Positions 1 through 13,500 of a stretch of 64,000 nucleotides of DNA are shown in pieces (position 1 is the stretch's first letter; the number at the start of each line of letters is the position of its first letter). The stretch is from the NCBI RefSeq assembly GCF_009914755.1, contig NC_060926.1. One strand, 5' to 3'. This stretch comes from the human T2T-CHM13v2.0 reference genome, Homo sapiens. The notes beneath the pieces are model-generated. The model ran no database searches. It was not told where the DNA came from and worked only from the letters and a program-made list of their open reading frames with translations. The position numbers were made by a program, and so were the translations under genes.

Positions 1-247
1 ATCCAGGTGCTGGGTCCTGGCCCTCCCAACAGCCTTCCTCTCTGAGCTACTCATTCATGCATGTGACCAGTATTTTCCTAAGCTCTCACTATGTGCCAGG
101 CCCAGTGTTGCCAGCACCTTCTGTTTTACTCTCTGTCATTGATAGCTCTGGCCCCCACCATTTTCTAGTGAGGGAGTGTGGCACAGATGGCAAAGCACAC
201 ACTTGGGAGTCAGAGTTATCTGGGTTTCAGTCCCGGATCTGTCATCT

Positions 248-567
248 GTTTGTTTGTTTATTTGTTTATTTATATATTTATTTAAGACCAAGTCTCACTC
301 TGTCACCCAGGCTAGAGTGCCGTGGCGTGATCTCGGCTCACTGTAACCTCCACCTCCCAGGTTCAAGCGATTCTGGTGCCTCAGCCTCCTGAGTAGCTGA
401 GATTACAGGTGCCTGCCACCACGCCCGGCTAATTTTTGTATTTTTTTAGTAGAGACAGGGTTTCACCATGTTGGCCAGGCTGGTCTCAAACTCCTGAACT
501 CAAGTCATCTGCCTGCCTTGGCCTCCCAAAGTGCTGGGATTACAGGCATGAGCCGCTGAGCCTGGCC
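248..567 (-). mobile_element. AluS, antisense, inserted in a MIR (about 170-680)
   Basis: T-rich tail, two arms, ends cctggcc; MIR halves on both sides. Confidence 0.9.
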
Positions 568-3139
568 ATGTTGTCTATTTAATTATGAAAACTTAGACAA
601 GTTGCTTCACTGGAAGCTTCGGTTTCCTCATCTGTCAGCTGGGAATGCTGCCATTGCTAAGGTGGTTGGGAGCACTAAGTGCATTCATATATGTACGTGG
701 TGTGATGTGTATTTCTGGCATGAAGGCAAGAAAAAGGCTGGTATATTTGGAGGAACTGCAAAGAATACAGAATGGCGGGTCTAAGGAGCCCTAGGGGAGC
801 AATAGGGCGTGCAGCCGGAGAGGCCAGCTGGGTGAATGGTGCATGGCATGGAGGACCAACCGAGGAACCCAGGCCAGGCAGAGCCAACAAAGCCAGGAGC
901 TCATCATGTCATACCCCTGCCCAAGCACCTTCATGTCCCCCAACTGCCTCCAAGTGGCAGTGCAGGTTTCTTTGACCAAACCAACCCTTGAGGCTTTCCA
1001 GCAAGCATCCAGTCTAGCCTTCTCTCCCATCACACTCTGAAAAAGATGGGGAATAAAGTGGCATCTTCTTTACAGTCTCTTTCTCGGTGAATGGTTAGTG
1101 CTGGGTGCGGAGGAGCAGGACAGCCCAAGCCTGCCTCTGTGCTCCAGCCCGCACGTCCTGCCTCCTTCCTTTTCTTCTCCTCTGGGCCTGATCCAGGAGA
1201 ATCCGCTCTCCCCAGCCCCAGTCTCTGAATCAAGGTTGCTTCTTGCCCCCTACCCCACCCCCACTAAATACCACCCAAAGGCTGTGTGTGGCTCAGCAAG
1301 GCCAATGGTTGCCAATCAGCACCAGGGCTCTTCTTTGAGGACAGACCGAGGCTTTGGTCTAATTACATAGGCACCAGGCATCTGAGATCACCAAGGCCAG
1401 GAAAAGCTGAAAGTCAGGTAGTTCCCACTGTCTGCTCCAGCAAGGCCAGCTGGCTCTCAAAACCATCAAAACAGAGAGAAGGGCGAGGTTGGAGAGGGAG
1501 ACCTGAAGCCCAGCTATTAATAACAGTCTCACCTTTTAACAAAATATTATATTAGTTTCACATTCACACTGGCAGTCTCCCCACCCCTGTGTGAGGTGAG
1601 CTATGCAGACATTGCTCTCTCCATTTTCTCACTTATAGAGGGGAAACTGAGGCTCAGAGAAGGGCCATGGCCTGCCCAGGGTCACCACAGAGGCCTCTTG
1701 CCTTCTGGTCCCTTCCACTGGGCTGCCCATCTGGTGAGTTTGGTTCACATCAGTCGTTTGGTACTGATCCAGAGTTCTAGAACTTCTGTTTAAAATTCCC
1801 CTTCAGCATGGGAAGGGGGCAGCATTCAGAAAATCTTCCAGGGAATTCTTCCTCTGGAAAAGGAGAATGCCATGTGAAGCAACGTGGATAGAACAGATGC
1901 TGTCGTGGCCCACACCTCATCTCTTTCCATCTTGCTCATCACCCTTCATTTCCAGGTACCCCCTTCCCGTTTGTTAACACTCTAACATGACCCACCCAAC
2001 TTCCTCGACGAATCTGGGACTCTAAAGCCACTAAATCATGGTCCAAAATATCATAGCTGTTTTTGGGGGAACACACATTTCATAAAATTTCTAGAGGAAA
2101 AGAAGAATAGTACCAGGACATCTGTATTTTTATTTTAAAAATGTGCTATTTGAGTTATTTTTTAAAACACAGTCTGAATAATTAGATCCTGTAGTGTGTG
2201 TTTTATGTTTGGGGATTTCAAACAGGTTTTTCTCTAGCTGGTCAGCTCACTTTAACCTGAACCAGAATTCAAGCCAGCTGGGATGCATAGACCAGAGTTT
2301 CAAGATTAGAATGGATCTTCTCTAGTCCATCCTATTTGTTTGACAGATAGGGAAACTGAGGCTCAGAATAGAAAAGTGCTCTCCTCAGTGAAATTCAGCT
2401 CCTTTGTGGCAGAGCCAAGCCTCAACCCAGGTCTTTGAGTCCCCCTTTGATACTGTTTCTACAGTGCACTGTGCTCTGAGATCCGGGAAGCCTGTGGAAG
2501 GGGCCAGGGAACTGCTTTCTGAGCAACCCCTGGCCTCAGACCAGCCTGCCCAGGCCTGGACCTCAGGTTACTCTGATGCTCCTACTCGCGCATGTGTCTG
2601 GCTCAAATGGCTATCCCTTTGGACCGCTGCAAGGGGCTGATTAGATGTAATTGCTTTGCCTAGAGCGAGCTATCTGCTTAATAGTATCAGCTCCCAATAA
2701 TTAGCCTGCCAGAGGCCCATTTCCCTTGCTGGAGTCCAGGGCCTCCAGGCCCTCACTCCAACCTGTGCATGATGGACCTCCCTCTGCAGGTAACAGGGTG
2801 TACAGTGCATGTGGGTGGGCTTCTGGCTTGGGTTGGAGAGCTGGAAGAAAGCACTGCTGTGGAGGCTATGCAAGAACTCCAGATGCATCCCTTCCTGAGG
2901 CCTGGAGCCAGGGAATACAGCATTTCCAGGTGGGAGGGATAGAGTCTGGCAGAGACGGCATAGACAGACTGCTCCATAAATGTTAAACTGAGCCCAACGG
3001 ATCCACAAAGGGCATCTAGACCAGCCCCAAACTCAAAATATTCAACAGTCAAGTCAAAAGGCAATCCTTGCAGACCTGCCACGTGCCAGGCACTCTGCTA
3101 GTTCCTAGGATCCTTCTAACATAGCCTCAAGCCACCCAA

Positions 3140-3400
3140 ACTGTGCTTACATACCTCTGGTGACCAAGTGCTCATCACCATCCTGGAAAGCTCACTCCTT
3201 CTTCAGGGACGTGGAGAATGTTCCATCTTATGTTGAACTGAAAGCTCTTTCCCTGTTGCATCATCCCCACAGATCACTGGCCCCTTCTGGACTACACAGA
3301 GCAAAGCCAATCCCTCCTCAGGTGATAGCTCTCATGTCCCCTGCATCTTTTCTTCCGGCTGAACATCCCAAGGCCCCTCCTTTGTGCCACGTACATCATG
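3140..3400 (-). mobile_element. L3/CR1 LINE fragment
   Basis: Resembles the reverse complement of the L3 3' region (atgttgaactgaaa..., ttttcttccggctgaacatccc). Confidence 0.45.
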
Positions 3401-3671
3401 CTGGCGAGGCCCCTCGTTAATCTGGTTGACAGGCCTGGAACCCGCCTCTGTTTGTCAATTCCTTCCTCCCAGCATGCTGGTCCGGAGCCCAGCAGGGGGG
3501 GTCACAGGTGTCAAGATTCCTCCCTTGGCAGAAACCACTACAGCCCTAGCAGAACATGACACTACCCAAGGAGCACCATCGTGGCTGCCTGAGCCTGTCC
3601 ACTGAGGGAAGAACACCTGCAGCCTGCTCACCAGTAGCAGTCGCCTCTGCTGCCCTCTCCCCTGCCCTGAG

Positions 3672-3701
3672 ACACACACACACACACACAAGCACACACA
3701 C
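3672..3701. repeat. (CA)n microsatellite
   Basis: Direct reading. Confidence 0.9.
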
Positions 3702-4245
3702 TGCCGTGCGTGCTCCCAGGCACCACTCAATACGCACGGGCTGATTAATCATTGCAAGTGTTCTTGTAATTATTGCATTCGGTGCTGAGAACAGGCTGCC
3801 TCTGCTTGCTTCTCAGAAGCCATAAACCTGCACAGAGGATTTCAAGATTTGTGAGGCTGTTGACACGATCTCCGGGCTCACTTTCTTCCTTAGCAACAAT
3901 GTGTTTGTCAGGAAATACAGGCTGTGGCCACTCCAGAACCTCTGCAGAGGACAAGCTTAAGGGACTTAATTCTTGCAGTGGGAAGAGGGCGAGTTTAGCG
4001 AACTTATCTTATGGTATTCAGTTAGGAAGTAGCATAGACGTGAGGCCTGGAGGTGTTCACTCCCCTTGCCAGACCTCAGTTTCCTCATGGGCACTGGGCA
4101 TTCTACGCTTTTCTCCAGCTTTAATTACTCTGTGATCCTTGGCCAAATGCAGAGAAGACTGGGTATGGAGGGGAAAATGCAAAGGTCCAGAAGACAGAAG
4201 AAGAGGGGAAGAGGAGACAAGGACTGAAGCTGAAATTCTCAGACT

Positions 4246-4269
4246 CACAGACACACACAGACACACACA

Positions 4270-4304
<35 letters not shown>
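4246..4304. repeat. Interrupted (CA)n microsatellite
   Basis: Direct reading. Confidence 0.9.
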
Positions 4305-4306
<2 letters not shown>

Positions 4307-4619
4307 CAGGCTGGAGAACAAAGGCTGATTTCCTCCCAGGTCTGGCTCTGTATCACCTGCTGGCCTTCCTGAAACCCCAGTAATGGCTGGGTCTGTCCCA
4401 GCCCCTGCCCCAAGTGTGGGAAGGGGAAGGCATTGAAGAGGAAAGGAAAAGGGGGAAGAGGATGAGATGAGTAGAAAGTGGGGAGGGAGGTACACAAATG
4501 GTAAAGTCAGAAAAGTGAATCATCCCAGTGCCGGTGAGGACAGAGCGGGAATCTTGTGCACTGCTGGGGAGAATGAAAACCAAGACTGCCATGCCAAGGA
4601 CAGCCCAGCAGTATTTAGT

Positions 4620-4687
4620 GACATGCCTGCACCTGCCCAGTGTCAACCTGTCTCTGCCACATGTTTGCTGTGGCATTGGGGGCCAGT
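4620..4687 (+). repeat. 68-bp inverted repeat, left copy
   Basis: gacatgcctgcacctgcccagtgtcaacctgtctctgccacatgtttgctgtggcattgggggccagt; 63/68 identical to the reverse complement of 6993-7060. Confidence 0.9.
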
Positions 4688-6992
4688 TCAGCAGGCATAA
4701 GCACTGTGGCCACTGAACAATTCCCTGCAGATCCTTAAGCACGCATACACAAGGATGCTCATCACAGGCTCAGGGAAATGGAGGCCACTTAGGAGGCCAC
4801 TCCAGGGGCAGGGGTTCATCACACACGGGGGATGCAGACTGTGAAATAAGGGCTACGGCTTCATGCTGTCCATGGCTGCTGTGAGCAGGAGCAAGCCTGA
4901 CCCCACAGCAACTCCACAAAGCCCTGCTGTTCCTCACTCTCACTAGTAGGAGAGCCAAGCCCAGTCCCAGCCTAGGGCTGGCCTCACAGATCTTTGAATT
5001 TGACCCCTCATTCCCAGATGAGAACCCTTTCTCCCCAACCCACAGCACGACTGGGCGGGGCTAAGAACAGGGCCAGGTGTCCAGACTCCCAGCCCCGTGT
5101 GCTCTCCCCCACAGCCCGCAGAGCCTCTCTTTGTTAACAGTTGCCTTTTGTGTTTGATTTGGGCTTGAGATGTTAAACAAATAGTGTCTCTTGACAAATG
5201 CAAGCCGGCTGCACTGGGACCAGTTATGCTCCATAAAGCCAGGCTAATCCCCTGACTTCTCTCCCTACAGAGATACACCAAGAAACACCCCAATCATACC
5301 CAAAGCACCCTAAATCTGATTGACCTGCAGACAGAGGCCATGATCCCTGGTGCAGCGCTCGGTGTCAGCAATGTCCTTCTGGGCTTTCTGCAGCAGCTTC
5401 TGGGCTTCTCTCCCCCTTCTCAGGCCTGACCCTGGCTTGATGTCAAGATGGCTCTGGACCCTGCCTCCTACATGAACCATGGGCCCCAGGCCCTACTGAC
5501 CCACCTGAGCCCACCAGGCCAACTGGACCAAATAGAGGGGTGTTTACAAACACCTTCTCTGTGTCAGCTGCTGTGCCAGGAGCTGTGGCTTACAGACATG
5601 AGTAAGGCCCTACCCCTGCCCTACAGGAGATTATGGTCTGCTCTAAACAAAACGAACTTGAATTTCACGTGAGGATCTGGTCTAGAAACTGATGGAGTCA
5701 GGATCTGAACTTCAGCTTGTCTGACTCAGGGTCCTACCTCATTGATCCTGCCCCTCTCCTCCAGCCAAACTGCCAATACAGGGGGCTGGAAAGCAATGGA
5801 CAGGGAGGTATTTGGGCCTCTCATCCTTCTGGCCACATTCTTGGCCATTGTACACTGACCACTCTGGTCAAATGGCCAGGGCTCTCGTTAACATCCCAGA
5901 ATGTCAGAGCAGGAAGGGACCTTTGGATACAGCCAACGCTTTTGTCTTATAGAAAAAGAAACTGAGACACATAGAGGCCACGTGAGTTTCCTGAGTCCAC
6001 CCAACTAGTTGGTGGTAGTTGATGGCAGCACTGGGACCAAACTCCAGCCTCTGGACTCCTAGTTCAATGCTGTCTCCCACATGCTTCCTTGGGCCCTGGG
6101 ACACACATCTGTCTTTATCCTCCTCTCCTAAGCTAGACAGAGCTTGTCCCAGCTTTAGAACTATCTCTCTTCAGAGAACCACAGAAGCAGATTGCCAGGG
6201 TTTTTCTGCCTGCAGACTCAGCCATCTGTGCCCCTCTCCCTCTGACACTGATGGTCTCTAACTCAGGTATAGAGATCCTTAAAGCCTTCATTTGAGTGAG
6301 TCACCCAAGGAAACATGTGGAGCAGATCTAAGGTGCAAAGTACTGCGGGGAGAGTAGCATGAGTGAGAAGGGTTTCCTCCACCCTGGAGAAGATAATGAG
6401 CCAGTGGGGAAGATGGATATGAAAGAACAGCTAATCTTTTAGGCAGGAGGAATACCTGCTGAGTTGATGCTTAGATAGGGTGCTGCAGAAGCACAAAAAG
6501 AGCCAGTGGTTCTGATCAGAGGAAACTGGGAAATGCTTCATGGAGGGAGTGGTCTTTAAGCTGGGTCTTGGAGCCTGAATAGGAGTTCAACAGACAGAAG
6601 ATGGGAAAGGCAAGGAGGCACCAGCATCCCAGGTTATGGGAGCCACATGAGCCATGTGAAGCATGGAAGTACTTGGATGTGTTTAGAACTTAGAGAAGAA
6701 TGGACTGGAAGATAAAGCTGGTTAATAATTGTGTATGATGTTAGTATATAATAAAATATAGTAACTAATGACACATTCTGTTCAATTTATCCTACCTAAC
6801 TCTGTGTCCCTTTCCTCACAAACTAGAATCTTAAAAGTAGTGCTATTTCCTCTTTTTGTCTGATTATTGGGAGAACTAGAGAAACAGAGTCCGGGAAGGT
6901 CATGGGATGCTATAAATGAAGGGAGTGTGGACATTTCCTGGTCCAGACCCCTCCACTGATGGATGAGCAGCAAGCCTCAAGGAGAAGGAGCG

Positions 6993-7060
6993 ACTGGCCC
7001 CCAATGCCAGAGCAAACAGGTGGCAGAGACAGGTTGACACTGGGCAGGCACAGGCAGGTC
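6993..7060 (-). repeat. 68-bp inverted repeat, right copy
   Basis: Reverse complement gacctgcctgtgcctgcccagtgtcaacctgtctctgccacctgtttgctctggcattgggggccagt; 29-nt perfect core shared with the left copy. Confidence 0.9.
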
Positions 7061-7319
7061 TGAGGAGCCCAGGATGGGAAGAAATGGGATAAGCTGATAT
7101 GTCTTTGGCACAATCTGACCCAGGTTGCCTACAAGTCCCAGGGGCTACTCAGAAACCTAGACTGGTACCAACATGGCTCCTATTCCAGAACCTTCTCCCC
7201 AAGAGAAGGAGAGAGGAGGGGCAGGAAGAAGGAGACCTAGGCTGCCCTCTGGGCTTCAGGGCCTCCCCACTGATAGGTGCCCTGGTCCCACACATAATAG
7301 GTGCAACAAGAAAGTGCCA

Positions 7320-7460
7320 ACCTTGGGACATGAGTCCTGGTTCCCCCTCACTCACTGTGTGACCTTGGACAACACTCTTCCTACTGTCTGGGCCTCAGTT
7401 TCCTCATATGTAACATGAGAAGGTTGGGCTAAATGATCTCTAAAGGTCCTTTCAGTATTG
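7320..7460 (+). mobile_element. MIR/MIR3 SINE
   Basis: Core tgtgtgaccttggac...gggcctcagtttcctcat...atgatctctaaaggtccttt. Confidence 0.7.
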
Positions 7461-8094
7461 AAGTGCTCAGAGAAAAAGCTTCATCATGATTAATAATACA
7501 TGCCCTGCCCCTAAAGACAGCTTTTTCCCTTTTCCAAAGCTCTTTCACTCATAATATCACCTTTCATCGGTACAGCTGTCTGGCCTGGCAGTCACAAGCA
7601 AGCAGAACCTGGACACAGCCTTTTCACCTTGAAAACCTGGTCTAGCAACCCTCTTGCTCATCTAGACAGGCTTTGGGGGAATTCGCTTCTGGGGTGACTG
7701 TCACCAGGAGCCAATACATCAGAAATGCACAGAACCTAACTTGTACCTTCACCTCTGAGAAGCTGGGAAAGGCAGTACTTTCCTTCCAGGGAGCCAGAAG
7801 ATGCAAAGGGGAAAAGCCTGCAATAGGCTGAGTTGCTGGTCAGAGGGCAAGACCAGAAATTCTGTGCCTGCAAAGAAACAAAGATCTTCCCTTGAAGAGG
7901 GAGGGGGAACATGGTGCTATAAATGTAGGACCCTCCCATTGGGCTCTGAAGTCATTAGAGAGCCTCATATCATCTGATTTGCACACATGTGTTCTTCTTT
8001 GATCTCTCAAAACAAATGGTTCAAGACGCGGGTAGAGCTAATATTATTATCTATTCCACTTTACAAATTGAAAAAAAAAAAAGAGAGACTCAAG

Positions 8095-8300
8095 GAGTCA
8101 TGGCAAAGAGCATGGGCTTAAGAGGCAGACAGACTGAAGCCTCTTCCCAGCTGAGTGAAATTTACTGATTCTCTACGTTGCCTTTAGCCTCAGTTTCCCC
8201 ATCTATAAAATAGGCATGACCACACCTACCTTTCAGGATTGTGGTGAGGACCAGAGATGATGAATCCCTGACACACAACAGATGCTTAATAAATACTTGT
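8095..8300 (+). mobile_element. MIR SINE
   Basis: gcctcagtttccccatctataaaatagg...acctacctttcaggattgtggtgagga core. Confidence 0.7.
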
Positions 8301-9709
8301 TGAAGGAATGAAGGGGTTGGTGGCACTTCTGGGGTGTCATTGGAGGAGTGTAGTGTCCGGCAGTGACAGGTCAGCCCAGCCTGTGGGTAGACAGTGCTCC
8401 AGCTTCTGGCTGACTGCCTCCTGAGTCTGCTCTCAGTCAGGGGCCTTGGTGTCTCTTCCCTGTCTCTCTGCCTGGCCCATGCCAGGGTCCTGTGAAGGAC
8501 TTTTTAACCCTTCTTGGCACTGAGATTTGCATTCCAATCATTCTGCTCACTCAGCCCATCCAAGTCTGGAGTTGTTTAGAGCTGGGCAAGGCCTGTGGGA
8601 TCATCTGCTATGACACCTCGTTGAAAAGATAAGGAAACAAGGCTCTGAGAGGGTCAGTAATGCCTGAGTTTCCACTACCCTTCCCACCTCACCACCATAG
8701 CCACCATGTTTGACAAATGAAGAAACTGAGGCATAGGGACCCCCTCTCCTGCCCCAGTTCCCGCAGTCTGCCAGTGAGCCTCCTGCTCTGGGCCCCACCT
8801 GCCCAATTCCAGCTAGATCCCGGTTCTGCTGGGATGCCCTAAGGTGGTGGCAGGTGCTATCTCTGGCAACTCAGCCTAAGCCCAGCCTGGTGCACGGGTG
8901 CAAGACAGGAACCATGGGAGTCGGGACAGCCTAGAAGCCCCTGGGAGCGAAGCAGGAGGCCTAGACTCCCAGCCTGTGCCTTCTCAGCCAGTTCCAAGAA
9001 CTGTGCTGACCTGGGAAGGCACACATTGCCTGAAAACAGGGCTTTCCCTTGGGTGTCAGCTCATGTGTGCCCAGGTCCACAGCTGGGCCCTGCCTGCTTC
9101 CAAGACAGCCAGAGTCTGGCCCAAGGGAGGAAGGAGTGTGGCCTGGGAGGAAGGAACGCTTGGCTGAGTCCCAGTGCTGTCACGAAATCACTGCGTGCCC
9201 ATGCGTGTCACTTGACCTCTCTGGGCCTCCATTTCCTCATCCATAGGATAAGGGCAGGACAGCGAGGCCCCAAGTGCCTCCTGGCTGCAATATGCTGTGA
9301 TGAGGGTGGAGGGTGGGGTGGGGAGGGGCTCGCTCTGCCTTCCTTGCCTTCCTGTCTGTTTCTCTGTCATTAGTTTATCTCCAGCAATCCAGGCCTCTCT
9401 GTCTCAGTCTGTTGCTCTCTCTGTTTCCATCTTTTGCTCTGTATTTTTCTGCCCGCCTCTCTTCTTTTTCTGTCTGAGTGCACCTCTGATTTTATCTCCT
9501 CCTCTGTCACACAGCCCCCTTCCCTCAGTCCTACACTGCCTTTCTCCCATTCTCCGTAGTTATCAGCGTTTCGCTGTCTAGTTTTCTCTGTCTCTCGGGC
9601 TCGCTCTCTCTCTCTTTCTCTCTCTCTGTCCTGCCCGGGCTCTCTCGCGGCCGCCCCTCCCGTCCCCTCCGCCAGCCCCCCTCCTCCCTCCTCGGCGCGT
9701 CTCCCCAGT

Positions 9710-9719
9710 CCTTATTTGG
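9710..9719. promoter_or_regulatory. CArG box (SRF site) CCTTATTTGG
   Basis: Exact CC(A/T)6GG match, a conspicuous AT island in an otherwise very GC-rich core promoter. Confidence 0.55.
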
Positions 9720-9803
9720 CTGGGCGGGAGGGCTGGCGGGAGGAGGCGGCCTGCGGGCGGGGGGCGGGGGGCGGGCGCGGGGCCGGGCGGAGGAGGGCGG
9801 TGG

Positions 9804-10479
<676 letters not shown>

Positions 10480-11074
10480 TGACTCTCCGGCCGGGCCAGC
10501 CCTAACTTGGCCCTGCCATGTTGCATAGGCCCCCAGGGACTCCGAAGTGTGTGAGAGGGGCAGGGACGACCGGCGGAGGCTCGGGCAGGAGGGGTGTGGC
10601 CGGGCCAGGCCCTGAACAGGGCGCTGAGAGTGAGCGGCGGGAGAGCGCCAGTGCTCCGTATCCCTGAGGATCGGCTTCCACAGCCTAGCAGGTCTACACC
10701 TGCTGGGCTCTGGGGAGGCATGAGGATGTCGGAATGCGGCACTTCGGGGCACTTGGGGCCACCCTATAACGGCGGCTGTGAGTGTACGTGTGTCTGCGTG
10801 TTTCAGCTCCAGGAGTTTGGTCGCCACCAGTCAGTGCCTGTGATTTTCTCAGAGCGGCAGAATTGGTGCGGGAAGCCAGATCTGGCCTTGTCAGCCTTCT
10901 TCTCTGCTGTCCCAGCAAAACAGTCACCTCACAGGAATAACCCCAGTTCTTTCCAAGCCAGGGCAGATCACCATGTAGGAGGCCACACGTACACCCAGAC
11001 TGTCAGACAACACAGGCATAGGCACACATGCACACAGATACACACAGGCACTCACAGGGTACACACAGGGCGGG

Positions 11075-11122
11075 CACACACACACACACAGAGAGAGAGA
11101 GAGACAGAGAGAGAGAGAGAGA
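11075..11122. repeat. (CA)n(GA)n compound microsatellite
   Basis: Direct reading. Confidence 0.9.
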
Positions 11123-11899
11123 ACAAACGTTGCCCAGGAAAGGAATCTCTAGCCAGGCCCTTGGTGGTGCTATTCAAAACTGTCCAGACGGGAATAACAC
11201 CTTACCTGTCCCCAATACCCTATGATTTCAGCCCAGCTCCATCACTACCGTGATATATGACCTTGGGCAAGTCCCTTCCCCTGTCTGGGTCTCAGGCTCA
11301 CCTCCAGACAAGGAGGGGTGGCCAAAATGATCTCAAGAGCTCCTCCCCAGCCCCGACGTGCTTGGATTCTGAGATGAAACCCACCTTCCCCCAAAGCCCA
11401 TTGAGATGCCTCCAGAAGCAGTTTCCTCTGTCTTTACTGTTCCCTCTCCTCTCCCTAGTCCCCTTCCCTGCCTTGATCAGACTCCCAGGGGTTCGTTGCC
11501 ACTTAGCGCAGCCCATGAAGATGGCATTGTTTTCCTGGGAGTCAACAGGAGCTGAGGGAGTAAAAGGCAGGACTAGACACTCTTCCTGCGGTCTATCCAC
11601 TGCAGGACACTGTTCCAAGAATCTACGGCTCCCTGGGGACCATGGGGAGCTATGCTGTGTCGTTTCTGGATTCTTCTCTTGGAAGAGGGAGGAAAGGGCC
11701 CTGGGAGTGGATGTGGCCCAGCTGGGGCACCTCTGGGTCCTACTGGTCCTGTGAGTTTAGGATAGGATGATCAGACTTAGGTCTGCCCAAAGAGGAGCCC
11801 GCTTCCTGAAAAACACCAGCCCAGATTTGGTCTGCAGTCTCTTCCACTCTCACACCCCACTACTATTTGCCAGGGTTTCAGTAGCTGTTTAGCTGTCTG

Positions 11900-12800
11900 G
11901 AGAATCAAAAGAATCAGACTGAACATCTTTGGACCCTCTCTCTCCCTCTTTTCCACACGTCAAGCCTTCACGCGTGTCCCCTTTCCTTCTCAGGCCCATG
12001 GTCCCCAGCTTCATAGTAACCTCCCAACTGACCTCCCTGCCTACCCCACAACAAGGCATGCTCCCCTGGACAATGCTGCCAGAAAGAAAAACTCAGCTGT
12101 CACCAAACCAATTCCCTTCTTGGAATCCCTCAATGACTCTCCACTGTCCATGGAATCTGGTCTATGCTCCTTATCTCAAATTTTGAGGATCTCCATACCT
12201 GGCTCCAACCTCTATGTCTGACTTCACATCTCACTTCTTACTTATGTGATCCCTCTCGATAGCTGCCAACCTGTCCTCTGAGAATACCTTAAGTATGCCT
12301 GTCTGGCATGCCTTTTTCTCTGCCCTTTTTCTTTTCTTTTTTCTTTTTTTGAGAGAAAGAGTCTCACTCTGTCTCACCCAGGCTGGAATGCAGTGGTGTA
12401 ATCATAGTTCAGCACAACCTCAAACCCCTGGCCTCAAGCGATCCTCTCACCTGGGCCTCCCAAAGTGCTGGGATTACAGGTGTGAGCCACTGCGCCTGGC
12501 TCTACCTTCTATTTATCTTGTCCATGCTAACCTTCCAGGTCCAGCTCAAATCCCCCCTCCTCCTCAAAGCCTCCCAGGCCACTGCTCTGGACAACTGCAG
12601 GTCTCACTGTGAGGATGATCTGGGTGACACGCTGTTGGCTGTTTTGAATGGTTATTTGCATTATAGGGGAAGTGTTTTGTCTCTTTGACCACACTGTACT
12701 CAACCTCCATGTGGGCAGGTCCTGCAGTTCCTGTCTCTGTGCTCCAAGTGCCAGCATAGTACCCAGAGGCTGTGAGCACACACAGAATGCTATTGATGGG
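11900..12800 (+). mobile_element. Degenerate L2 LINE 3' region interrupted by an Alu monomer
   Basis: L2-like motifs (ccagctcaaatccccc...; gtgccagcatagtacc...) on both sides of the monomer. Confidence 0.5.
12326..12500 (-). mobile_element. Alu monomer (FRAM-like), antisense
   Basis: Single arm: T tail, gagtctcactctgt...ctcaagcgatcctc...gagccactgcgcctggc. Confidence 0.8.
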
Positions 12801-13289
12801 TTTAAGGTGTGCAGAAATGAAAGGGTAGCATCCTTCCCTCTTCCTCTGCCGTTTCCCAAAGTGCTTGCAGTCCTCACCAAGAGAGACGCTAAAAGCCATG
12901 GGGGGAGAGGCAGACAGAGTGCGGTTCTGGTGATTATTTATTTATAAAGTGCTGGGCAAGAGGAAAGACAACATCAGACCACCCCCCTGGTTCTGTGGGG
13001 GCCCCTCCCTCCCTGCCCCACCTGACCATCCTGGCTTTGTGTTGCCTTCCACTGTGGCTATGCCACCTTGCTGGAAGCTGTCCACAGGGGCTCTGCTCTA
13101 AGAAAAACCTATTTGGGCTGTGATCAGATGGTAGAAAGGGGCCTTAGTTAGGCTGATAATGGCCCCAAACCCAAGGGCAGCAGCCTGTGTTCACCTGACC
13201 CCTTTGAAAACATGAATGAGTCTCATTCTGAGATACCGGGTGTCCCATTGGGATGGAATAATGACAGCACTTCCCATCATTTGGTACCT

Positions 13290-13500
13290 TAGTGATCACA
13301 ATGCACTTGCATCTCTTGTCATGATTCTCAGTCTTTATGACTTGGTGAAGTTGCTGGGCAGGTATTGTTAGCTCTGCTGCATGGATGAAGGCGTGAAGGC
13401 TCAGGGAAGGGAAGCGGCTCCCCCAGTCACCCAGCTGGTAAGCAGCAGAGTCAGAGTGGGAAGCTGGGTCTTCTGACTCCAAGCCCAGTGCTCTTTCCCT
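13290..13500 (-). mobile_element. MIR SINE
   Basis: gatgaag...ggctcagggaagggaagcggctc...ctgactccaagcccagtgctcttt. Confidence 0.6.

Noticed and set aside
1317-1348. TCAGCACC ... GGACAG as an RE1 site
   Set aside because: The 15-nt gap matches neither canonical nor common non-canonical spacing, and flanks are poor.
8605-8617. Possible position of a known blood-pressure GWAS variant upstream of KCNK3
   Set aside because: Depends entirely on recalled coordinates; cannot be supported from the sequence.
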